Source of the DNA: Halocafeteria seosinensis | Lineage: Eukaryota | Direction: 5' to 3' | DNA length: 64,000 nt | NCBI GenBank assembly: GCA_001687465.1 | Contig: LVLI01000313.1 | Coordinates: forward strand, 1-64,000 | In this document: positions 1 through 11,145 of the stretch, in pieces | Numbering within the stretch: position 1 is the first letter of the stretch | Layout: the number at the start of each line of letters is the position of its first letter | Position numbers and translations under genes: made by a program | Notes under the pieces: generated by a model | What the model was told of the DNA's origin: nothing | The model's input: the letters and a program-made list of their open reading frames with translations, nothing else | Databases searched by the model: none

Positions 1-1767
1 ACTCGTCTTGAGAAGTTTTCTTTCCAGGTCTATAATAGCATGTTAAGAGCTCTCCGAAGTATCCCAAGTGTTTCTCCGGCTTGCAGACACGCGTAAGTCA
101 CTGTCGAGACTGATATGGAGCCTTTAAAAGGTGTTATATTGGGCGTCTTCCTCCATAAGACAGGCTTATCCTCAGCCTCCCAAGAAGCAATTTCAAGGGA
201 TGCACAAGTCTTCCATCAAACTACTGCCCAAGGGCGAGAAGGATTTACAGTGTTCGGATTTCGCTCTCGCCTACTTCCCTTCCTTAGCTAGCGCATAAGG
301 CTTCGCAGGTCCCTCGTCGAGATCTACCTCAGCAGCTCAGCCGCCCTCTTCTCTGTTTCATTTGAGTCGCTTTCACAGCTGCCTTAATCAGCTCCTCAAG
401 TACATGATATGCTATATGCTATTCTTCAGCTCAAATGAAACACTGGACACCCCTGTTACATATCCCGCAGCCATGTGTCACGCTGAAGTTCTCGTTCTTC
501 CTGCGTCGTAACCTTGGCTACCGTTATTGCAAAACAGACTGCACCGGAATTTCGTCTGCCCTTTCGGTGACCTCAAATAGGGTATGCTCATATGTCTCGA
601 GTGCTGTTTCCGGAGTATCAATCCGTGGTATTTTAATAGGAAGAGCTTGTTCGTAGTTTACCAATTCTGCAGTTACTAACTCAAGTACTCCGGTAAGCCA
701 GTCAGCCAGCAGGGCGCAGCCCCAGGTGATACAGTACCTAATCTCTTGCAGCAGCTTCAAACCAATATGAAGAAGCGCCGTTTGTCTCGTTTATCTTGCA
801 CACTGATTGTCTTGTTTTCAATTAAGGGGCATCCAGGGCCGAGCAAACTCGACAAATGTGAATCGCTTGGGTTGTAGAGTGCACAGGGGGAACCACGGCC
901 CAAAAAGAAGCTTGTAGCCAACATACCGTAATTACGATATTGGTTCCATAACAAATCAACAGCCTATTCTCCTCCAAATTCCTTAATTGTATCATGCACA
1001 GGCTAAGACGCCACTTGTGAAGCTTGGCCGGCGAACTTCACAGGGAAGTCTTGACTTTCAGGTTGTCAAACACCTACTTTACGAGGTCTAGAGAAGCTGT
1101 TTGAGCATGAAATCTCGCCCAAACATGCGGATGGTCAATGCGGGTATAGCCATGCTCTCAGGATTCTGTTATAACGTGTTATAAGATGGTTAGATAAAGT
1201 GCGATGAATGCGCATCGCAGACCTCTCCGAGCTAGGAATCGAGGCCATCGCGGGCACTTAAGCGCTCATCGAACGCATCGCACCCCCTAAAACATCGCGC
1301 TTGTACCCCTTGTGTCCTATAGACATTTCTTAGAGCAAGAACACACAGCTGAGACACCTAAATTTACCCCAATAATATTAGGTGCATGTCATACCGGGAA
1401 ATGTTTGCAATATTACTCTGTATATGTAATTACCAGTAGAATAACACGAACTTCGTGAAACAGACTGTATAAATACACAGTTCAAGCTGAACTTCAGTCA
1501 GTGTTCAGTGAAGTTCACTCCGACAGCGAGTGCAGTACAAGAAGATAGTCCATCAAAAGAGTTGTGCAGGGTACAGTACAGCCATTTGTTTCAAGAGGGA
1601 GACGCAAACAGACCCTTTGCGCTGAGGCTGAGGCTTTATTGCAGTGTACGGCCTGACTTCCGGAGCCGTTTACTACGGCGTTTAGCCCCCAGGCTGCCCC
1701 AGCAGAAGTTAGCTACTACTGTACTACAACGTTTAAACACACCAACTCATTTGACAATAGCGCCAGA

Positions 1768-2720
1768 ATGGCAGCTGCAGCTCCAGAGGAAGCGCCCAAG
1801 TTTACATTGGATGAAGCTATTGAGGACTGGTTCATCCCTAGAAAATGCAAAGTGAAGAATGATAGAGCGGGACACGTTTCCAACAGAATCCCGTTAGGGG
1901 TGGTCCTTTTGTGCTTATTGCCAAGAACGCGGTCAAACAGGGTCAGTGGACTTTCGTCGAAGTGACTTGTGCATCGAAAACTCAACTTGCATTCTTAGCA
2001 CCCCTAGAAGCTCAGCCTCGTGTCGTAAAAGAACGGTTCGAGAGAAGATTTCCTCGCGATTTAAAGGATCAAGACCTCCAATATCTGAGAAACAACGCAG
2101 TCTGGTTGGATGATATGGCGCTTTCCGAGTATCAGCGTGAAGTCTACATGTACAATAATCGTCCAGGAATCAACCGTGCTAATCTGGGGCAGCCCTTTAT
2201 CAATGTCGATGGAGCTATTTTTAGTTCTACGGAAGAGACTGGGTTTGTTGCAGGCGAAGTTTTTACAAATATTTATGGGAATGTCGCCTTTCTCTCCCCC
2301 CTAGAGCATCAATCTTCCCGTATAAGAGAGCGGTTCTCTGCTAAGACTGTGAAAGATCTGACCGGAACTGACAAAACAATTCTATCGAGGGACGGCAAAT
2401 GGTGCCTGACAGCAAACGATTCCAGGTCTGTCATAGATGTGCTAACTCCTTCTGGCGGTCTAGATGTGTGTATTTTGGAAAAAATGTTCTCTGTGGCACC
2501 TAACAAAAACGATGGACGCAAACCCAGTGTGAGAGACGATCCCTTCATGCCTAGTGTGAGAGACGATCCCTTCATGCCTAGAGATGGACGCAACAACACA
2601 GCTGTTAGAGGTAGCGTAAGAGCACACTTAACGCTGGCAATAACGACGGATTTGATTGTCCAAGGAAACTCTTGCAGTCTGCCAACGGCTCCTTGGGATG
2701 CGGGAGCGATAATCATGTGA
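1768..2720 (+). pseudogene. Unknown protein with an internal duplicated domain; frameshifted near 1865 (pseudogene or sequence error)
   Basis: ORF 1768 (MAAAAPEEAPKF...) overlaps a second frame that is open from 1866 (SGTRFQQNPVRGGPFVLIAKN...). Two similar segments occur: AFLAPLEAQPRVVKERF...DLKDQDLQYLRNNAVW and AFLSPLEHQSSRIRERF...DLTGTDKTILSRDGKW. Confidence 0.45.
2523..2580 (+). repeat. 27-bp tandem duplication (PSVRDDPFM x2)
   Basis: cc(c/t)agtgtgagagacgatcccttcatg occurs twice in tandem and is flanked on both sides by gatggacgcaa. Confidence 0.9.
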
Positions 2721-3678
2721 CAATTGGGATGTCAATGAGTAATACGCTACCGTTCACAGGTATGTTGATCCTTAGGAACCTCGGAAAACCTGAGGTGGGA
2801 GTGAAGGTTAATCGAAAAGCTGCACGGCAACCGCCCACGGTACCATCCTCGCACGTCGATCGTCTTGCCGGAGCCATGCTCAATGTGGAGAAATGCGACC
2901 TGGGAGAACAACTATTTCCGTTTCATAAGCAGCTAGCCCGAATTGGCTAACTCTAGCTCTGTAGACTGCCAGCGGCGGTGTACACTTAGTTCTGTTGAAG
3001 GCTAATAAATGCGTTAAACATTCTCGTACCAGTATGTAAGAAATGCTGCACTTGCAAATTTAGTTCGCCTTACACCATGGTGACAATCTTGCTGGGGTCA
3101 GACTTTCTCGACGAGCACGCAGACTCCATGCGAGTGCCGTGTAGCGAATCCCTAATTCTGCCATTGGTGTTTCTTTCCACCTGCTCCAAGCAGTCCTCCG
3201 CGTACTTATGACAACTTGTGTGCAACCGGGCAAAATGTTACAGCCTCAACAGGGAGGTTGTTGCCTATGAAGTCGACAAATCTCACCTTGGCCGGAAACA
3301 CTGGGAAGACTCCTTGTCTAACATTCAGCAGATAATTGGCTTGTCAGCCACCCTCAGAGAGAAGGAAGCGTCATGGACCCTGCATGCTCATGCTCAAGGT
3401 GGTGAGTTCCAAATACACGTGGTAACTCGGGACCCCAACCTCCGTACATACTAAAAAGGTAAGGCGCAAGCTGTATCAAATCGGTAAAGCTAGCTTCATT
3501 GTTTCCTATCTATCCCTGTGGTGAAAGAGGAAGCAGTTCTCCCGAATTGCGATGGCTTTGTATAGCTTCGTGAACTCCAAAATGTGTTGCGATCACCGCG
3601 GGTTCCTTGCGACCCCAGGCGTTCTGGGGAGGACAGAATGATATCACAGTTCCCTACAACTATAGTTATAGGTGTTGA

Positions 3679-5877
3679 TTGAATGACTCTCGGGGGCACT
3701 CTTCACTTCCTTCAGTGGTGTCGTCGGCCCTGGAAGTGGAAAGTGGCCTGGGGAATGGGAGAGAAAAGTCCACTCGCTCTGACTCCTCCATTCCACGATA
3801 TGCAAGCCCAATGGTGAATTACCGGCGATTTCCAACGCTCGGAGCCGGGTTTTCGCCTCCCAGCGCTCGACCCACGACGCGATGCATGCTTCTGTTCCTG
3901 GTAGCGATAATCGCAAGTGGGGTCATTTTCTTGCAACTTGGCCCCCTGGCGAGTTTTCAGCAGCAGCGCTACGCGCCGTTGTATAGCCAGAACTCAGGTG
4001 TCATTGAAGATCAACCAGAATTGTTGATGGACATAAATCGACCACGTATTCTGGTTATCGGCGCCGCGAGTTTCATGGGGTATCACTTTGTGGACAGATT
4101 CTACTCGCTGCGGAATCAGAAGAAGTCAGAGGATCTATTGGGTGCGTCTAGTCAGGTATTGAAGAGTTGGCCGCACTTAGTACTCATTGACGATTTTGAC
4201 AATACCTCAGGGGACCTTCCGAGGAAGCGCCATCGGCAAAATGAGTTGCGACGGATACATGAGGCGACGGTAAGAGAAGTCACTGTTTGTGATGAGAAGA
4301 GCCTCACTAGGGAACTGGAAATGAACCACATCTCATTGGTTTTCCATGCATACGATCCGGTTCATTTCCCGACAGACTATGCGATGGCAAAGAATCAATC
4401 GGCGCAATCGATTCGGTGTTTTTCTCAAGTTCTCAAGTCTGTGAGAAGGAGACAGTTAGAGCAAACAAAGACTACCGTCGTTCCGGTGTTCTACTTGTCG
4501 TCTTCTGTAGCAGACTCTGCCGAAATCGAGAATATCAACGTGTTCAACACGAATGACGCCATTCAGCAATTAGTGAGAGCAAAGAAAGCTGAAGAATCAC
4601 TCGCTCAACGCTATAGTAGAGCGGACGGTATAGCTACTATTGGGTTGCGGATGTTCAGCTTGTTTGGAGAAATCTGCACACATGATGAACCGTTGGAGCA
4701 ATTGTGGGAATGGGTGAGTTACGAAAGGCGTAAGAGTGGTACTGTTCCCTTTCATAGCTTGGATTTTATTCACGCTGCGGATGCAGCACAGCAACTACTC
4801 GGTTATATAGTTTCCTTTCTGGGGTCGAAGTCTTCCGGCTCATCGTCCACCGTTGACGTTGGGAGCGGTAATACGACTTCACTTCAAGACCTGAATCGCA
4901 TATTTTCTGAAGCATCGAACGCTAGTCTGAGATCTGGCGAGTCTCAGTTTAATAACGTAGCTGTGGTGTACGACAGCACGCATAAGGCCCGTATGGCGAC
5001 CAACTTCCCCCAGCAAGGTAGCAAAGGCCAAACAAACTCCCTAGCAAGGAGGATTCGCTCTTTCATAGAATGGGAAGAGAAGCATAATTTCCCCAAGGGG
5101 ATAATTATAACCACCTATTTGGTTCAGCTTCCCGATCCTCAGAGGAAAGGCAAGAGTTATTCCTCTGGAGGTATGCCTAAGCTTATTAGCAATTACTACC
5201 ACAGTGCTGCAAGCCTGGGATTGCAAGTATACGTTATTCACGATGGTTTGAACATGACATTCCAACAGCAATTTGAAACTCCAAAATTTCGCTTCGTACA
5301 TCTAGACGAGTTGTACAAGAATGCTTTCCAGTCGGAAATTGAGGAGTTTTCGAAATTTCAGTCTAACAATGATCGTCGTTACTTCTTCTTCTATAAGATG
5401 CTCAAATACGAAATGCAAGAAAAGCCGAGAGCTAAATTGCCTACATTCGTGCTTGTGACGGACCTGTTTGACGTGCATTTTCGAATGAATCCTTGGGAGT
5501 ACTTTGATCGCTACCCAGAAAACTTCCTATTCATGGGGCAAGACAGAAGTCTGATTGGAAAGGGGTCTTGGTTTATCAAGCGAATGCAAAATTGTTTCTT
5601 CACGACGGAACAGATATGCGAGCTCGCTGTACCGAGGAAACAAATGCTTAATCCAGGAATCCTGGGAGGCACGTTTAACGTGATGCTTTACTATTTCCAC
5701 CTAATGAAGAAAGCATTACAGCAATCTAACCCGGACTGGAACTGTAATTTGCCCGTAACTAACTACGTAGCTTACAAGTATTTCAGCGATCGATTATTTT
5801 ATGGACCTCCACTCCATAGCAAGTTCATGTCATACGGCAAGGTGAACGGAGATGCTTACATAATTCACAAACGCTGA
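3679..5877 (+). CDS. Type II membrane protein: degenerate NAD-dependent (UDP-glucuronate 4-epimerase-like) epimerase domain plus C-terminal glycosyltransferase-like domain, paralog 1
   Basis: 732-aa intronless ORF with one N-terminal TM segment (LLFLVAIIASGVIFLQL). Motifs RILVIGAASFMGYH, DDFDN...K, FYLSSS, KKAEE...Y...G+ATIGLRMFSLFG and DFIHAADAA match extended SDR/GAE patterns. C-domain has DPQR, VIHDGL, NDRRY, TDLFDV, NPW, LNPGILGG and GPPLHSKF...IIHK. True start may be the ATG at 3811. Confidence 0.8.
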   Translation: MNDSRGHSSLPSVVSSALEVESGLGNGREKSTRSDSSIPRYASPMVNYRRFPTLGAGFSPPSARPTTRCMLLFLVAIIASGVIFLQLGPLASFQQQRYAPLYSQNSGVIEDQPELLMDINRPRILVIGAASFMGYHFVDRFYSLRNQKKSEDLLGASSQVLKSWPHLVLIDDFDNTSGDLPRKRHRQNELRRIHEATVREVTVCDEKSLTRELEMNHISLVFHAYDPVHFPTDYAMAKNQSAQSIRCFSQVLKSVRRRQLEQTKTTVVPVFYLSSSVADSAEIENINVFNTNDAIQQLVRAKKAEESLAQRYSRADGIATIGLRMFSLFGEICTHDEPLEQLWEWVSYERRKSGTVPFHSLDFIHAADAAQQLLGYIVSFLGSKSSGSSSTVDVGSGNTTSLQDLNRIFSEASNASLRSGESQFNNVAVVYDSTHKARMATNFPQQGSKGQTNSLARRIRSFIEWEEKHNFPKGIIITTYLVQLPDPQRKGKSYSSGGMPKLISNYYHSAASLGLQVYVIHDGLNMTFQQQFETPKFRFVHLDELYKNAFQSEIEEFSKFQSNNDRRYFFFYKMLKYEMQEKPRAKLPTFVLVTDLFDVHFRMNPWEYFDRYPENFLFMGQDRSLIGKGSWFIKRMQNCFFTTEQICELAVPRKQMLNPGILGGTFNVMLYYFHLMKKALQQSNPDWNCNLPVTNYVAYKYFSDRLFYGPPLHSKFMSYGKVNGDAYIIHKR

Positions 5878-6146
5878 AGGGTTTCATTTCGTGTGGCTTG
5901 GAACTTAGCGAAACCGGAAACTCGTGTCGGTATCTGCCAAGTTCAAGTTGGGCCAGTGATACTTCACGAGATCTTCGCGGCTTCGTTTAGAGATTGCCTC
6001 AAAAGCGGAAGCACTTTTATCAGAATGAAGAATTGGAATAGCATCTTTGTGTTTCCGTTCGAAGTCCGGAATCCGCGATCATTAAAAGCAGCTGGTCTAC
6101 TCTACTCAGCCGCCGTTGGAACCGACTCCCACACTGTTGTACTGAA

Positions 6147-6859
6147 ATGAGTCTACTCGAAAACAATACCGCTGCGAGGAAACGCTACCTCGAGACATTG
6201 CTAGAACCGCTCAATATTGAAGGATCCCATGATTCTCGAAAAAAGACGGCCACACGAAACAGATTGGGTGTGCTAATGGAAAGTCTGAAAGAGGCTGAAG
6301 AGTACCCTGCGCGAGATGAGGCTCCACCTCTTTTGTCCGAAATTTATCAAGAGTTGAAGCCAGGAATGCAGTTCGACGAGTTTCTGGAGCAATATGATGT
6401 GTATAAAAGGCTGTTATCTGTAAGACAGGAGCACATAGAGAGCTCTGGCTGACGGAAAACGTCAAGACTCTTTCGGATGAAAACTGGATTCTTTGGGGCA
6501 GCTACAGGCAGTTCCTCTCGGGAAAATGTATCACTGATGCGTTGAATGAGAAACACAATGTGGATTTACATCCCGTTTGGGGCTGTTTGCTGCTTCCAAC
6601 TGGAGGAACCATCGGTCCGGGCAATTGGAGACTGCACAACTGGCTCCCCAAAGGAAAATGTACCCCTGCAGTAGCATTTCATACATGTGTGCACGATGCA
6701 AGTGGCTACCTGCTAAAGTACCATCGTCTGGGCCCTGGATACAACTATTTGAACACATGGGGCACCTTATTTCCAACGCAGGTTTCGTTCAGCACCCAAG
6801 TTGCAGGGATTCGTCATTGGTGCAAACTGCTCCAAAGAAGACCCGGCATTTCACTCTGA
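6147..6859 (+). pseudogene. Uncharacterised protein with PTGG-x-x-GPG / HDA-x-GYL-xx-YH-xx-GPGY-x-YL domain; single -1 frameshift at about 6449
   Basis: Frame 1 runs to ...RQEHIESSG* (6452). The overlapping frame continues LTENVKTLSDENWILWGSYRQFLSGKCITDALNEKHNVDLHPVWGCLLLPTGGTIGPGN...HDASGYLLKYHRLGPGYNYL...QVAGIRHW. Adding one base joins them into a protein of about 237 aa. Confidence 0.6.
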
Positions 6860-8185
6860 ATTTTGACTTGAGCCGTTGGTTCCTCATTGGATACCGTAAT
6901 TTACATATGTGGCTCGGTTACGCCTACCAATTCCTGGTTCGCTACATAGTGGAATGACTGTGGTCTGCTATCCTATATGTTTTGGTTTTTTCACCAGTAA
7001 AGGCAACGTGAGTCATCCACTGGATGTCCATGAGTACTACCATACAAGTTCGCCGTGAGCATGATTGGATGTCACCATAGTTGCGAAACGAAGGAACCAT
7101 ACAAATCGTTTGAATATCGAGCTAAACACTCTCACATCGCGGTCGCGTTCTGTTGATACGGGTATAAGAAAGAGAAGTCCCTGAATCGTTTGCGCCTATT
7201 CATCGTGAATTATACTATCCGTAGCCCGACACATGCCAAACCAGATACGTTTGGTCTCCATTGAACTAAGCACATTCAGTAGCGATACCAAAAAATGTTG
7301 ACTGAGGTGCTGAGCGTTCTCCTGGTAGCCTGTGGTCCTGATAGAGGTTATTTAGCAGGGAGGCTCTGGTTTGAACAGCGTATCTACGCATCCATTCTGA
7401 TCGAAAGTTGAAATTAGTCTTGAGTAGCTCGGAGTCAGTTGGAAAGTCGCCGATATATAATTCAAGAATGAGACATAAAATAAGTTACTTTGTTCATTCT
7501 CGTCGATCTAATTCCATGAGACCCGTTAAGGATCTCTATTCTACTTGAAGTTCTAACAATTCACCCCTTCGTGGGGAACGCTATGCTTCATGTTGAATTG
7601 CATTCCACAACAGGATCCTTGGAGCTGAAATCATTGGATATTGCTCTACGAAGTTACTCATGCTGTAAGTATCGGAAACTAGTCACACTACTGTACCGAC
7701 ACCGATCCGGAATTAGACCTCACCAACAGTTCCACCACATTAGTTCTACTTAGCGGGTAGGCCACTGTAACAGTTTCGTCATCGTTAGTGATACTACCAA
7801 GTAAGACTTGCACTGCTACACCTTGTGTACCCGGTAAGGATTGTGGGTTTTCTTTCTAGTGAAATTCTAGCAGTGAGAGTTTCTCGTGGTAAGATGCTAC
7901 GGGTTGAATGGATACATACTCATCCGATGTTTTTCAACATGAAATGGTTTGAAAATTTGAAATCCCAGTCCCACTTGCGACCGCGTGCGATCCCAGATTT
8001 GGTCCGGGAACAAGCAAGGGCTGAAAAAGGTTTGTCGAGTTCGAATGGGTGACTTTTCTTTCTCTTCGAGGGTGAAGGACTATGTGTGCATGGGGGATGC
8101 GTCGTTCGGTACGCATTGATACCGATAGTGCGTAGAAGCCAGAGGGAGTCAGTAACGGACACTTTCGTCGCCAAGAAAGAGGCGA

Positions 8186-10237
8186 ATGAGGCGTAAACAG
8201 TGCCATTCCATACTACCCGACAGTGTCAGAGGAACTAAAAGGTCCGTGTTCATTTTCTTAGTGGCCTTCCTAGGGTGTTTGGTCATCTTCCTCCAAAGCC
8301 GACCACTCCAAAGCCTCACACTCGCTGCACAGGAACGTGAGTCCGGAATCTTCAAATCGGAATTGAAGGGCCAAACTGATGTGTACCCACGCTCTACTCT
8401 TCCAACGAGCTTATGGGATCATGTGGAAAAGGAGAATCCGCGTATACTCGTGACGGGAGCGGCTAGTTTTATGGGATACCACTTTGTGAAAGCTTTTCAT
8501 TCCCAAGGAAAACAAGCCGCCACTTGGGGAAATGATTCAGCCAAGAGTACCCCCAAACTTGTGTTTTTGGATGATTTTGATAACACTTCAGGAGACATTG
8601 CAAGGAAAAGATTTCGCCAAAATGAGCTGCAGCAGCAGTACGAAGTCAGCGTAAAGGAAACCTCGCTTTGCAATGAGAAGACGCTGGCTAAAGAGCTGGA
8701 GACAAACAAGATATCTTTCGTATTCCACGCATACGATCCAGTACACTTTCCGAGTGATGATAACGCGGCAAAACAGTCATCCCAATCTCTTCAGTGCTTC
8801 TCCAACGTGCTCAGAGCTGTCAAGCGCAGAGAGGGGGACACTCAAAGTGTTATCCCCTTCTTCTATCTGACTTCTTCAGTTGCTGATTTGGTGGCGCAAA
8901 GAAGTGCTCACTCAAAGGGTGATGCTTTCGACCGGTTCGTAAACACTAAATGGATGGAAGAATCAATCGCTCGAAACTACTCCGAAGAGCAAGGTATGGC
9001 GACAGTAGGCTTACGAACATTCAATGTTTTTGGAGAGATGTGTACGAAAGATGAACCGCTAGAGCAATTGTGGGAATGGGTGAGGTACCGAAAGCGTAAA
9101 TCTTCAACGGTTCCCTTTTATAGCTTGGATTTTATTCACGCTGCGGATGCAGCTATTCAGGTACTTAACTATATAGCCTCCACACTCCGCCCACAGTCTA
9201 GTGGTATCCCACTTACTGTGGATGTTGGAACTGGGGCTACTATGGCGTTGGAGAGCGTTATCCAAATGGTCTCCAGAGCCTCCAATGCAACTAAAGGATT
9301 AAATGAAGCTGAGTTTACGGGAACTGTAAAGATTTACAACAGTGGGCAGAAAGCTGAAAGATTTATACCTGGCGAAGCCAAGAAAATAACCACCTCTCCA
9401 ATCAAGAAACGACTTTCATCGTTTGTCGCTTGGGAAGAGCAGCTTAACTTCCCGAAGGGAATTATCATGACCACATACTTGGTCCAGCTTCCAGATCCTC
9501 AGAGAAAAGGTAAAAGCTACTCCTCCCAAGGCGCCGGTGAACTTATCGACAAGTACTACAAAAGTGCAGCGGCTCTGCATCTCCAAATATATGTGATTCA
9601 TGACGGGCTAAGTTCAGCGTTTCGGAATCAATTCGAAACCCCGATGTTCCGTTTCGTTCATTTAGACATGGTATACGCAAAGGCTCCCAAGTCAGAGGTG
9701 GAGGACTTCTCGAAATTTCAATCGAACAATGATCGACGATACTTTTTCTTCCGAAAAATGATGGAACATGAAATGCAACACAAGCCAAAAGAAAAATTGC
9801 CTCGTTACGTACTAGTGACAGATTTTTTCGATGTCCACTTTAGGCTAAACCCTTGGGATTATTTCGACCAGTATCCGGACAATTCCCTGTTTATGGGAGA
9901 AGATAAGAGCAAATTCGGACGCATGCCGTGGATGGATAGACGAATGAAAAGATGCCTCTTTTCACCTGAGCAAATTCACGAGATGGTTGTCCCCGAGAAA
10001 AAGTTGCTACTTAATCCAGGAATCCTGGGAGGAAGGTTTGATGTGATGCTTCAATATTTTGATCTGATGAAGAAAGCACTCAGAAAATCAAACGCTGAGC
10101 ATAACTGTAACTTGCCAATAACGAATTACGTAGCATATAAGTATTTTGGCGAGCGCTTAGTACATGGACCTCCCCTCCATAGTAAGTTCATGTCTTACGG
10201 AAAGAAGAACGGCGACGCATACATTATTCATAAGTGA
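8186..10237 (+). CDS. Type II membrane epimerase-like/glycosyltransferase-like fusion protein, paralog 2
   Basis: 683-aa intronless ORF collinear with 3679..5877, with long identical blocks (TTYLVQLPDPQRKGKSYSS, FSKFQSNNDRRYFFF, GPPLHSKFMSYGK, GDAYIIHK). Confidence 0.85.
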   Translation: MRRKQCHSILPDSVRGTKRSVFIFLVAFLGCLVIFLQSRPLQSLTLAAQERESGIFKSELKGQTDVYPRSTLPTSLWDHVEKENPRILVTGAASFMGYHFVKAFHSQGKQAATWGNDSAKSTPKLVFLDDFDNTSGDIARKRFRQNELQQQYEVSVKETSLCNEKTLAKELETNKISFVFHAYDPVHFPSDDNAAKQSSQSLQCFSNVLRAVKRREGDTQSVIPFFYLTSSVADLVAQRSAHSKGDAFDRFVNTKWMEESIARNYSEEQGMATVGLRTFNVFGEMCTKDEPLEQLWEWVRYRKRKSSTVPFYSLDFIHAADAAIQVLNYIASTLRPQSSGIPLTVDVGTGATMALESVIQMVSRASNATKGLNEAEFTGTVKIYNSGQKAERFIPGEAKKITTSPIKKRLSSFVAWEEQLNFPKGIIMTTYLVQLPDPQRKGKSYSSQGAGELIDKYYKSAAALHLQIYVIHDGLSSAFRNQFETPMFRFVHLDMVYAKAPKSEVEDFSKFQSNNDRRYFFFRKMMEHEMQHKPKEKLPRYVLVTDFFDVHFRLNPWDYFDQYPDNSLFMGEDKSKFGRMPWMDRRMKRCLFSPEQIHEMVVPEKKLLLNPGILGGRFDVMLQYFDLMKKALRKSNAEHNCNLPITNYVAYKYFGERLVHGPPLHSKFMSYGKKNGDAYIIHK

Positions 10238-11143
10238 TGAGCGAAGAAGGAGAATTTTCGCTGGGAATCGACTACAGGATGTCGGTTTCGCGAAGTATTT
10301 GATGGGATTCAATATTTGTTTGTCGCCTTTCGGTGTTCTATGTTGACAGAAGCCTTGCTTAATGTGAACAGCTTGTACTGGAAGGCGATCTTGGGTTTTA
10401 TTTAGTGCGTCTGCGGTAGAAATGGAGGACAGGAAGTATCTAACAAGTCGTTTGAATGCCGGTGGAATGGAAGACTGAGCTGATTGAACTCCCACCGTGA
10501 ATGACATGGTTTCGATAATTCAAACTCAAACTAATGTGGTATTGCAGACTGAGCAAAGCAATGGTTGCAAACCACCGCAAAGACAAGTCTTGTTAGTGTC
10601 CCTTCGTGGGGCATCGGCTGTCAATGTCCACTTTAGGTTCTTTTAGTATCTGAAGTCCGGATTGGCATAAGATGTTTTACAATAATTGAAGCATCTGAGG
10701 AGGAAGCGGTTTTCGACCTCGACGTCGGCTAAACTCCAGCCTGTGGCGTACATCCTGGTATGCAGCTGCTTAGCTGCTTCATTGGCTCATCAAGTCGCAT
10801 GAGCTCCCGGTTGAACAGAAATTGCAGGTTTCATGTTTATATCGTTCCTATATGCTACCTATAGCTAAATATGCACGAACTACTCCATGTGGCCAGTTTG
10901 ACTCACGGGCACGTTGTGTGACTTCCTCGTCCACCGGTTGCGACCAGATCCCAAACATGTTGCGATCATGTCCTCCAGCGCAGATTTCTTTGCCCTCTTC
11001 AAATAATCACTCCAATTTGTCCTCTAGTGTTTGTTGGCACTTATTCTGGTCCCCGACACCACGTATTGACCGTTGCAGCCCCGCCGTTCAACTGTCATTG
11101 GCCCTGTAGGGGGAATACAACATCCCCTGGAATATTACCGTTA
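10236..11143 (+). repeat. First copy of a segmentally duplicated intergenic block
   Basis: 10236-10690 closely matches 12345-12823, and 10690-11143 closely matches 13180-13637 (e.g. aatacaacatcccctggaatattaccgttaca in both). Confidence 0.9.
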
Positions 11144-11145
11144 CA

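Noticed and set aside
1..1000. Short minus-strand ORFs (524..760, 757..954) as genes
   Set aside because: No recognisable motif and no consistent splice model. Possibly a decayed gene, but unsupported.
2511..2600. CRISPR-like array
   Set aside because: Two adjacent 27-bp units with no spacers, inside a reading frame, in a eukaryotic context with no cas genes.
1860..6460. Programmed ribosomal frameshifting shared by the 1768 and 6147 genes (both have ATAGAG near the shift)
   Set aside because: No canonical slippery heptamer or clear downstream structure. A 6-mer match in two cases is compatible with chance.
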